In this document: piece by piece, positions 57,262 to 64,000 of the stretch | Numbering within the stretch: position 1 is the stretch's first letter | Layout: the number at the start of each line of letters is the position of its first letter | IMG/VR virus record: IMGVR_UViG_3300012984_000014 | Coordinates: 32,001-96,000 of that record | Strand: one strand, 5' to 3' | DNA: 64,000 nt | Source of the DNA: a virus | Notes under the pieces: generated by a model | Seen by the model: the letters and a program-made list of their open reading frames with translations, nothing else | Told to the model about the DNA's origin: nothing | Database searches by the model: none | Translations under genes and position numbers: made by a program

Positions 57262-57621
57262 ATGAAAAACCTCATCCTCGCCATCCTCGCCATCCTCGCC
57301 CTCGTCATCCTCGTTTCGGCCAGCCCGGCCCAGGCACGAGCGACTAGCTACGAAAGCGCCATCGCTTCCGCCCACGCCTCCGGCGCGTGCTACGTCGTCC
57401 AGACCTCTTTCGGCTGGGTCGTCGTCCAGGAATGCGACGACGAACGCGAGCAATCGCTCCCGGATAGCCATATTCTGATGTCTTGGGCCGATTCCCCGTG
57501 CGCGTTAGCCGGTGAAGAGGCGCTCGCCTCCGAGGTCGATGGCGAGGAATTCGACTTTGACTCCACCTATGAATGGGCTTTCGACGCTTGCGAGCGCGAT
57601 ACGGCCTTGGATTGCCAGTAA
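57262..57621 (+). CDS. Secreted acidic small protein
   Basis: Signal peptide MKNLILAILAILALVILVSASPAQA; four Cys. Confidence 0.65.
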   Translation: MKNLILAILAILALVILVSASPAQARATSYESAIASAHASGACYVVQTSFGWVVVQECDDEREQSLPDSHILMSWADSPCALAGEEALASEVDGEEFDFDSTYEWAFDACERDTALDCQ

Positions 57622-57636
57622 TTGGAAGGCAGACAG

Positions 57637-57861
57637 ATGAATAAGCCAAGAATGACCAAGAAGACGCGCCATTTCCTCGAATTCGTCCGGGAGAACCCGG
57701 GCCTCAACGCGCTCCGGATCCACCGCGCGATTGGCCACCTCTACACGCGGAACGGTCACCAGTTCACCTACGCAACGCTCAAGCGAATGGTAAAAAACGG
57801 CCTCGCTACGCGCGGCCCGTCGGCGAACGGCCGCGGATTCGGCATCCACCCCGTCGGCTAG
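57637..57861 (+). CDS. Small winged-helix-like protein
   Basis: FVRENPG...IHRAI...YATLKRMVKNGL. Confidence 0.55.
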   Translation: MNKPRMTKKTRHFLEFVRENPGLNALRIHRAIGHLYTRNGHQFTYATLKRMVKNGLATRGPSANGRGFGIHPVG

Positions 57862-57867
57862 AGCCTA

Positions 57868-57941
57868 ATCTACAAAGTTCGTCAAAAAGATTGGTCGAGA
57901 GCAAAAAAGTTCTCGACGTGTGGAAGCAGAAGGATTAGGTT
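57868..57941 (+). promoter_or_regulatory. Phage promoter family copy 11
   Basis: ATCTACA-N44-TGTGGAA; TCGACG-17 nt-TAGGTT. Confidence 0.8.
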
Positions 57942-57988
57942 TCTCTTCGAGGCCGGCGGACGGCCTCCGAAAGCCCAAGGACAAGAAA

Positions 57989-58414
57989 ATGGAAAAGCTC
58001 GAAACCAAAAAAGCCCTCCTCCTCGCCCTCGCCTCCGCCCTTACCGCGCTCGGATGGAGCGCGACGATTGAACCGCTTCTTCAAATCCTCCGCGTTCCCG
58101 GCTTCCCGGCGCTCCGGACCCCGGAAGTCCGTTTCTCCGGCGCGCCGTCGAGTCCAGACGTGCGCTTCGTTTGGCACGGATACACCGCCAAGAAGCCGGA
58201 AACGATGGCCGCGCGCATCGCGGAAGTCCTAAAAAAGGAGGCGGACGCGCAGAAGGAAGCCGAGGCCAAGCGGACCACGCCGATCCACCTAACGGCCGCG
58301 GAACGCGAGGCTTTGGAAGCGCTCGTACAGACGCGGATCGCCTCGCTTCCCGCTTCTTGGCCCGCTCGGGCCGCGTTGGAGAACGTTCTAGCCAAGCTCG
58401 GGGTGGCGTCGTGA
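57989..58414 (+). CDS. Hypothetical protein
   Basis: AAGGA SD; leader hairpin GAGGCCG/CGGCCTC. Confidence 0.6.
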   Translation: MEKLETKKALLLALASALTALGWSATIEPLLQILRVPGFPALRTPEVRFSGAPSSPDVRFVWHGYTAKKPETMAARIAEVLKKEADAQKEAEAKRTTPIHLTAAEREALEALVQTRIASLPASWPARAALENVLAKLGVAS

Positions 58415-58680
58415 GCGATTCCAACAAACTCCCAAGGAATAAGCGCCTTCAGGAGATTCACCGCCTCAATCCCCCGAATCCCGTGGCAGAATTCGACAAG
58501 AATAAGGCGCGCGCGCTCTCGAAAGTGGCGCACGAGCAGGTATCGGGCCCGCTCCTTTGGGCTTCCGAGGCAAATTCCAAGAAGGAGCTCCTAGACCAGC
58601 TAGAAGCGGCTGAAACGGCGCTAGAGCTCCTCTACGAGTCTGTAAAAAGCTTTCGGCGCGACGTCCGGAGGGGCGAATGA
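58411..58680 (+). CDS. Hypothetical protein
   Basis: GTGA overlap. Confidence 0.5.
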   Translation: MSDSNKLPRNKRLQEIHRLNPPNPVAEFDKNKARALSKVAHEQVSGPLLWASEANSKKELLDQLEAAETALELLYESVKSFRRDVRRGE

Positions 58681-58826
58681 GCCCCGTAAAGGCAGCGCTA
58701 GCGGCGCTCCGCCAGCACGATGGCGACGTCGACAAGGCGACCGCGGAAACCGGCCTCCTTCGCTCCTTCGTGGCCGACATCGCCCGGCAATTCGCGGACT
58801 ACCTCCGCCCTCGGACGGCAAAATGA
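58677..58826 (+). CDS. 49-aa protein
   Basis: Hand-translated; ATGA overlaps both sides. Confidence 0.45.
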   Translation: MSPVKAALAALRQHDGDVDKATAETGLLRSFVADIARQFADYLRPRTAK

Positions 58827-58963
58827 GCGCGCGTATCGTTTCCGCGGCGGACGATTGGCACACCGCCTACATCGGCGCGCGCCGAATCGGCGACTATTCC
58901 ACTTGGGAGCGCGCTCGCGAGGCGCTCCGCCGACAAGGGTGGTTCGTGGAGGACGGAAAGTGA
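58823..58963 (+). CDS. 46-aa protein
   Basis: Hand-translated; overlaps both sides. Confidence 0.45.
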   Translation: MSARIVSAADDWHTAYIGARRIGDYSTWERAREALRRQGWFVEDGK

Positions 58964-59244
58964 AGCCGATTCTCCTTCGGCTCGCCTACCTCCTTGGGAG
59001 AAAGGTCGGGAAACTCTCCCGGAAGCGCCAGGAGCGCGCTCGCCGGAGACTCGAAGCGGGCAGAAACACGAACGGCGCGCTGCCCGCCTTCGTCTTCTCT
59101 GGGTGCGTAACGGCCCGAGAACGCCACGAGCCAATATCTATTGCATTCGACTCCCAAGAGGCGACGATCGCTGACGTAATCGACATCCTAGAGCGAGGAA
59201 CGCCCAAGGTTAAGCCGCGAAGACGCAGGAGGACCGCGCAATGA
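58960..59244 (+). CDS. Basic hypothetical protein
   Basis: GTGA overlap, GGAGG SD. Confidence 0.45.
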   Translation: MKPILLRLAYLLGRKVGKLSRKRQERARRRLEAGRNTNGALPAFVFSGCVTARERHEPISIAFDSQEATIADVIDILERGTPKVKPRRRRRTAQ

Positions 59245-59408
59245 GCCGAGCAAAGGCCGTGGAGACGCTCCGGAAGAGGCGCGACCGAGCGCTAAGGGCG
59301 CTGAAGTCCCAACGACGGACGGCGAAACCGAGCGAACTAGCCGCCATCGCCGAGAAAGAAGCGACGATCCAGCGCGCTTACGAGTCCGAGCGCTGGATCT
59401 TAGGGTGA
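59241..59408 (+). CDS. 55-aa basic protein
   Basis: Hand-translated; GGAGG SD, ATGA overlap. Confidence 0.45.
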   Translation: MSRAKAVETLRKRRDRALRALKSQRRTAKPSELAAIAEKEATIQRAYESERWILG

Positions 59409-59420
59409 AAAGAGGGCAAA

Positions 59421-59690
59421 ATGTCCAACAATTGGTGCAAAGAGTGTGAGCATTTAGCCATCCCGTGCGCGGCCTGCGAGGAGAAGGCCTCCAAAGAGCG
59501 GCTCGAACGTCTCGAACGGATCAAAACGCCCATAGCCGCCAGCCTTCCAGGCCGCGCCACCCATTTCGAGCACACCCCAGGGAAGCTCGCTTGTGGCCTC
59601 GTAAGCTCCTCCGCGCTCCGAACGTCCGAGTTTCCAAGAGTTGATTGCAATAGCTGCCGAAGACGCGCCCTAGCGCGCCGTTTCGTCTAG
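59421..59690 (+). CDS. Small zinc-finger protein
   Basis: CKEC, CAAC, THF...ACG...VDCNSC. Confidence 0.55.
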   Translation: MSNNWCKECEHLAIPCAACEEKASKERLERLERIKTPIAASLPGRATHFEHTPGKLACGLVSSSALRTSEFPRVDCNSCRRRALARRFV

Positions 59691-59704
59691 GGTAATTGGG
59701 TTAG
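59688..59704 (-). repeat. Outlying copy of the 17-bp repeat
   Basis: Reverse complement CTAACCCAATTACCCTA. Confidence 0.85.
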
Positions 59705-60455
59705 ACGTCGCTCGCCCTCCCCTTGGATGGAGTAGCCGAGCCCCCGAAAGCGGAAAAGAGAAACGACCCGAAGCCGGAAGGAGCCTAACCCGCCCTTTCC
59801 GGCTTTCCTGCGTTCCGCTGTGCCCTTCTGCGCGCTTTCGCGCTTCCCGCAGCCCGTCCTCCACGCCGCCCTCCGGAAGCGCGTTTAAGCGCCTCCTAGC
59901 GTCTCCGCGCTCCAACGGCCGATGAGAATCGACCGAGCGCTTGAGCGCTCGCCTCCAGAAAGCCAACGCCTTGTGCCTAAACGGCCCGTTACGGCGTTTT
60001 CGCATCGTCTCATGGACGAGAGTGTGCGGAGCCCGCCGAGACGATTCTTGCCATCGTTCTGTGCCAAAACGCCCTAAGCGCCCAAATTCGCCCTTTCGCC
60101 GATTCCCATCGTTCCGCCGCTCCGCGCCTCCTCGTCCACCCAACCCCTTGGAAGAATCACCACCAGAACCGAACGAACCGAGATAGCCTCCGCCGTTCTA
60201 CGCTGCCCGCCGTTTGCGCGTACGTGTGTTCTTTTACGCTCTCGAACGCCTCCGGAGCGCTTCGTTGTTCCGCTTTCGAAGGCTCGGAATTGACCAAATC
60301 TCGGCTCCGGAAACCCCGTGGATTGTCCGGCACACACATCCTGCAGGCACGCCTTGGCCATCCCGGTCCATGGTGCATCCACCTGCCAAACGCCACCATT
60401 TTGTGGGTAAGCGGAGGTCGCCTGGATGGAGAATTTGTGGCGTTTCTCGGCTCCC

Positions 60456-60858
60456 GAGGGTAAGTCAAGTTACACAGAGAGGGTAATTGGGGTGGAATTG
60501 CCGATTGTGTACGTATCGTGGACAACGGTCACGTACGGACCTGAAATGGCCCTGGGAAAACTTCTGGCTCCCCAGCGCGTACGTAACTCTATTACCCTAT
60601 TAGGAGGATTGCAATAGTAATATCCATAAGATAATGCATATATCGAGTAACCCTATTACCCTATGTAACTCTATTACCCTATTAGAGTAGGGCCGACAGC
60701 ACCTCGGCAAGAAGAGCCTATTAGGGTAATTGGGTTACAGTGGAATGGTAAGAGCGTTACATCGAGTCGGCCGCTCGTCTAACCCAATTACCCTAGGGTA
60801 AGAGCGTTACGCCTAACCCTATTACCCTATAGCTATACAGTGTAACCCTATTACCCTA
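60456..60858. repeat. Array of 11 copies (both orientations) of GTAACCCTATTACCCTA-like 17-mer; iteron/terminus-like
   Basis: Copies at 60456(-), 60480(-), 60583(+), 60647(+), 60665(+), 60722(-), 60747(-), 60780(+), 60794(-), 60814(+), 60842(+); AT-rich, gene-free. Confidence 0.9.
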
Positions 60859-61089
60859 GCGCCTAGCGTACGCTATCGTGGATGGTCTATGGTGTCGTGC
60901 CTACCTACCTACCACCCACACACCACGTATATAGCTATATAGTGTCCAAATTGCCTACGAAACTGGACAACATGGCTTGATTAGCCACGCCTACCCACCC
61001 CACTGTGGATGTTTTCTGGAAAAACCCCCGTGCGGCGCCCATGTCTGGGCGGCTCGGAATGCACACGCCGCTCGGACACCCCAATGCAC

Positions 61090-61160
61090 ATCCACAAAAC
61101 GAACTTTCTTTCCATAGCGTTGACTTTTCGCTCGACGCCCTCCCGCGCATCCACTATACC
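61090..61160 (+). promoter_or_regulatory. Phage promoter family copy 12 (no TGTGGAA half-site)
   Basis: ATCCACA; TCGACG-17 nt-TATACC, ATG 11 nt later. Confidence 0.65.
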
Positions 61161-61171
61161 TACCGACACAC

Positions 61172-61369
61172 ATGACAACCGAACAACTCGAAGAACGCCA
61201 AGCACTCGCGGACGACATCGCGACCTCCTCCAAAGCAATCACCATCGCTCTGGAGTGCGCGGTTTCGTGCGAGACGGAAACCGACTTCATCGCCAACCTC
61301 GAAGACGCCGAGGCCCAGCTGGTGGACATGCTCCGTGAAGTCCGCGAGCTGAAGGCCACCCGTGGCTGA
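61172..61369 (+). CDS. Small acidic helical protein
   Basis: Follows promoter copy 12. Confidence 0.6.
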   Translation: MTTEQLEERQALADDIATSSKAITIALECAVSCETETDFIANLEDAEAQLVDMLREVRELKATRG

Positions 61370-61598
61370 CGCAAAAAAGTACTGGAACGACAGTGCGCAA
61401 CTCGCAAACTTCGCCGCTCGCATCCGACGCGAGTGGGGGCCGTGTTGGCACATAATGGTGCCCGCAATACGCGCGGCTGTCGTGGACCAATTCACTCTTG
61501 GCGTAATCCGTAGCCAAGAGCGAGAGAGCGTGCCCATGGCCGCAATCGACGAATTGGCACAGGCGATGCACGCCGCTATGGGAACAGAAAACGCCTGA
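61362..61598 (+). CDS. Hypothetical protein
   Basis: Overlaps upstream stop. Confidence 0.5.
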   Translation: MADAKKYWNDSAQLANFAARIRREWGPCWHIMVPAIRAAVVDQFTLGVIRSQERESVPMAAIDELAQAMHAAMGTENA

Positions 61599-61713
61599 TC
61601 AGCCAAGAAGGCGCAAACCCAGTAAACACATTTCACCAGACAGTCGTCCTATCGCGCCCCGGCGACGCGCACCACGCCCGGGACGCTCCACTCATTCGAG
61701 GAACAGCAACAAC

Positions 61714-61950
61714 ATGCCAGCCCGGAAAGCAACGCAACCACGGGACGCACCCCAGTTCGCAAAACAGCAACAACGACTAAATGCCGCCGTTCTCGAACGG
61801 GCACGCGGAAACGAGCAGGTGGCTCGCATCGAGTTGGCAGGCGCAAAGCGTCGCCTCCTCCTGGCGGCCGACGAATACGCGCGGAAGCAAGACCAAGCCG
61901 ACCGATGCACCGCTGAACTTCGAATGCTCGAAGCCAGATACAAGAAGTGA
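61714..61950 (+). CDS. Small coiled-coil protein
   Basis: GAGGA SD. Confidence 0.5.
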   Translation: MPARKATQPRDAPQFAKQQQRLNAAVLERARGNEQVARIELAGAKRRLLLAADEYARKQDQADRCTAELRMLEARYKK

Positions 61951-61981
61951 ACGACCGACCATTTGCAGCCTGGAGAGCAAC

Positions 61982-62194
61982 GTGGAACCAAAACCAGCAA
62001 TGAACCCGAAAGTAAAGAGCAAACCGACGCCCGCGCCGAAGCCGCCGCCGCCGGACCCGCACGAGGTGGCCGCCAAGGCGCTGACCGACGTCATCGGCAT
62101 CCTCGGGCAACTCAACGATGACGACCGCGAGCGCGTTCTGAAGAGCGCGCAGGCCTACTTCTCTCCCCTCGCGAAAAAGGAATGGGAACGGTGA
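61982..62194 (+). CDS. Hypothetical protein
   Basis: GGAG SD then GTG 61982 (or ATG 62000). Confidence 0.5.
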   Translation: MEPKPAMNPKVKSKPTPAPKPPPPDPHEVAAKALTDVIGILGQLNDDDRERVLKSAQAYFSPLAKKEWER

Positions 62195-62445
62195 GACACA
62201 GCGGCGCCATCCTCAAGAAGAACGTTCGGAGCATCACGCTTCGGTACGTCACGAAGCCCGGCAGCGCGGGCACGACACTTCACTACACGACGCTTCCACG
62301 AGCCCAGAAGGCGGCGAAGAGCAAGGTCGGATCTCGGCCGCGTCAGGACCCGGACGGGTACTTGGTCGGGCCGGACGGCTGCTGCTTGTTCTTCAAAGGC
62401 GCGACGCTCGAAGAGCTCTTTCCAACCAAACAGGAAAACCAATGA
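62191..62445 (+). CDS. Hypothetical protein
   Basis: GTGA overlap. Confidence 0.5.
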   Translation: MRHSGAILKKNVRSITLRYVTKPGSAGTTLHYTTLPRAQKAAKSKVGSRPRQDPDGYLVGPDGCCLFFKGATLEELFPTKQENQ

Positions 62446-62891
62446 CCAAGCCAACTCATAAGCCACCGCCAGCACAGAAGTTCTCCAAGCCCCGTACGCC
62501 CATCACGCAATCCGGCGTCGATGCACTCCTGGACCAAGCCGTGGAGAATGGCTACCAAGACGAGATCACACGCCAGGACCCCCGCTCGGTGGCTTGGGAC
62601 ATGCAGCGCTATTCGCCAGAGTGCGAGAACGAACCGACGGCGCGCCTGGTTCTCTTCATCGAAGACTGGCAGAAGCGCCATGTGCCCGCTTCTGAGACGC
62701 CCATCGCCGACGCTCTGCGATACTTGTCGGCGCTCGCCCTTGAGAAGGACCAAGGCCTAAAAACCAGCCAAGCCATCCACGTTTTGGAAGTGGCTCTGGA
62801 AGGCGAGCTTGGCGCTGAAGAACGCGCGGCGCACCCAATGCTCGACGTCTCCGTGGCCAAGGAACTTCGCAAGCACGTGAAGGAGTTCTGA
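62442..62891 (+). CDS. Hypothetical protein
   Basis: AGGA SD, ATGA overlap. Confidence 0.6.
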   Translation: MTKPTHKPPPAQKFSKPRTPITQSGVDALLDQAVENGYQDEITRQDPRSVAWDMQRYSPECENEPTARLVLFIEDWQKRHVPASETPIADALRYLSALALEKDQGLKTSQAIHVLEVALEGELGAEERAAHPMLDVSVAKELRKHVKEF

Positions 62892-62894
62892 GCC

Positions 62895-63146
62895 GTGCAC
62901 CAGTTCACCGGAAAGTACACGGTCAAGTTCGAATTCCGCGTGCCGGGCGAGCCAACGTTCAAGCGTTGGATGGGTGACTTTGCCAGCGCGGATCCGAAGC
63001 ACGCACGCAATTTAGTGACGGGGCAACTCAACATGCTGGGCTACGAAGTTGGAGCGCTCGCCGTGTACGACGGCGAATGGCTCGTGCTCGGCAACATCCT
63101 CCCGTTCGTGCCGGGCGAGCTTGTCCGGCTTCCGACCATCCACTGA
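62895..63146 (+). CDS. Hypothetical protein
   Basis: AAGGAG SD. Confidence 0.55.
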   Translation: MHQFTGKYTVKFEFRVPGEPTFKRWMGDFASADPKHARNLVTGQLNMLGYEVGALAVYDGEWLVLGNILPFVPGELVRLPTIH

Positions 63147-63153
63147 GGCAAAT

Positions 63154-63414
63154 ATGGCAATCACAGTCGACAAGGACGGCATCCCGACGAATCGACCACA
63201 GGTCACGTTCGTCGGAATTCGTGCGACCAACGTGTTCTTCATCCTCGGCGCGTGCCGGCGCGCCGCAATGAAAGAGGGCTGGACGACGGCACAATGGGCG
63301 CTACTCCGGGAGAAGTTCTTGGAGTTGGATCGAAGTGACGACCAAGGCGAGGCCGCGATGGCGTTGGCAACCCGATACTTCACCGTTCAAATCAACAACG
63401 CGGAGATAGGCTGA
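63154..63414 (+). CDS. Small phage protein
   Basis: GAGG SD; NVFFILGACRRAAMKEGW. Confidence 0.55.
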   Translation: MAITVDKDGIPTNRPQVTFVGIRATNVFFILGACRRAAMKEGWTTAQWALLREKFLELDRSDDQGEAAMALATRYFTVQINNAEIG

Positions 63415-63707
63415 TGGACCGGCTCACGCCGTTCGATCTCTACTCGACCGCCGAATTTGTGGCCGATAGCATCAAGCGCAAATTCGCAGGCAGCGCATCC
63501 CGGCGCTTGCAGGTGCAAATCTGCGAGAAGATCATCCTGCCGCTCGCGACCGACGAGGAGCTGCGGCGCGGGCTCGCCGCCGTCATCGGGCACGCGCGCG
63601 ACGGGATCGAAACCATGCACACCGTCAACCACACGGAGCCAGGGAGCTCGCCGGAAGAGAAGGCGTTGATCTGGCTCCAAAAGCTGATTGGGGCGGCTCC
63701 GCTATGA
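63414..63707 (+). CDS. Hypothetical protein
   Basis: TGATG overlap. Confidence 0.55.
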   Translation: MDRLTPFDLYSTAEFVADSIKRKFAGSASRRLQVQICEKIILPLATDEELRRGLAAVIGHARDGIETMHTVNHTEPGSSPEEKALIWLQKLIGAAPL

Positions 63708-63889
63708 ACGAGGAACAGAAGGCGCGCCTCCAGGAAGTCCGTGATGACGCGGAACGTGCTTACAGGCGCGAGGACGACGAAGACGAACGGCGCGCACTTC
63801 GAATCAAGGTGGAAACGCTCGAAGCAGTCGCCTTTATCTTCGGCGTGGAACTGGACCACTTTGATCCGTACCCGACGAGGCGCGGGTGA
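63704..63889 (+). CDS. Small charged helical protein
   Basis: ATGA overlap. Confidence 0.55.
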   Translation: MNEEQKARLQEVRDDAERAYRREDDEDERRALRIKVETLEAVAFIFGVELDHFDPYPTRRG

Positions 63890-64000
63890 AACTCTCGCTC
63901 GCCTTCCGGCAAGCCGCGTGGTTGTGGTACGCCAAGGCCCAGATTCGACGCGACGGCGTTTGGATTTCACGGCCACCGGTGTTCGAAGAAGGCGAGTGGC
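63886..64000 (+). CDS. Partial ORF running off the window
   Basis: GTGA overlap; frame open to base 64000. Confidence 0.4.
   Translation, partial: MKLSLAFRQAAWLWYAKAQIRRDGVWISRPPVFEEGEW

Noticed and set aside
38666-57940. ORF-track starts at 38666, 40502, 42713, 53246, 54092, 57920 giving KKVLDxWKQK-like peptides
   Set aside because: These are translations of the repeated promoter motif, not a protein domain; real starts lie downstream
59643-60617. 11-bp repeat GATTGCAATAG at 59643 and 60607
   Set aside because: Only two copies, one inside a coding region; compatible with chance
60456-60858. CRISPR array or eukaryotic telomere contamination
   Set aside because: Repeats are 17 bp, in mixed orientation with irregular spacing, no cas genes; not pure (TTAGGG)n; flanks are phage-like

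Overview
This window is part of a large, GC-rich dsDNA tailed-phage genome; no host housekeeping genes are visible. Left to right: (1) 1-3.5 kb, the end of a virion/envelope block (5'-truncated beta-helix tailspike-like gene, two secreted/lipoprotein genes, a metallopeptidase-like gene). (2) 3.6-39.7 kb, a long + strand replication, recombination and nucleotide-metabolism block: SF2 helicase, HTH plus putative initiator, DnaC-like loader, DnaB, DNA MTase, primase, MoxR/VWA pair, sigma factor, DnaE, HU, UvsY-like, SSB-like, RecA, SbcD/SbcC, RuvC-like, 5'-3' exonuclease, degenerate UDG, dCTP deaminase, two GIY-YIG endonucleases, MazG-like. (3) 40-64 kb, small accessory genes, many behind a 12-copy promoter family, plus two gene-free structural regions (phased A-tracts at 52.5-52.8 kb; 17-bp repeat array at 60.5-60.9 kb). 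The best candidate for an undescribed system is the 16.3-21.4 kb cluster (FAD oxidoreductase, NTP-PPase/HAD fusion, class III aminotransferase, divergent ThyX, dNMP kinase), which looks like a pathway making a modified pyrimidine nucleotide. Second is the 47-52 kb set of ORFs carrying short terminase-like motifs and an exact 33-bp patch shared with a core gene. All family assignments come from motif recognition by eye, not database searches. A myxobacterial host is only a weak inference.
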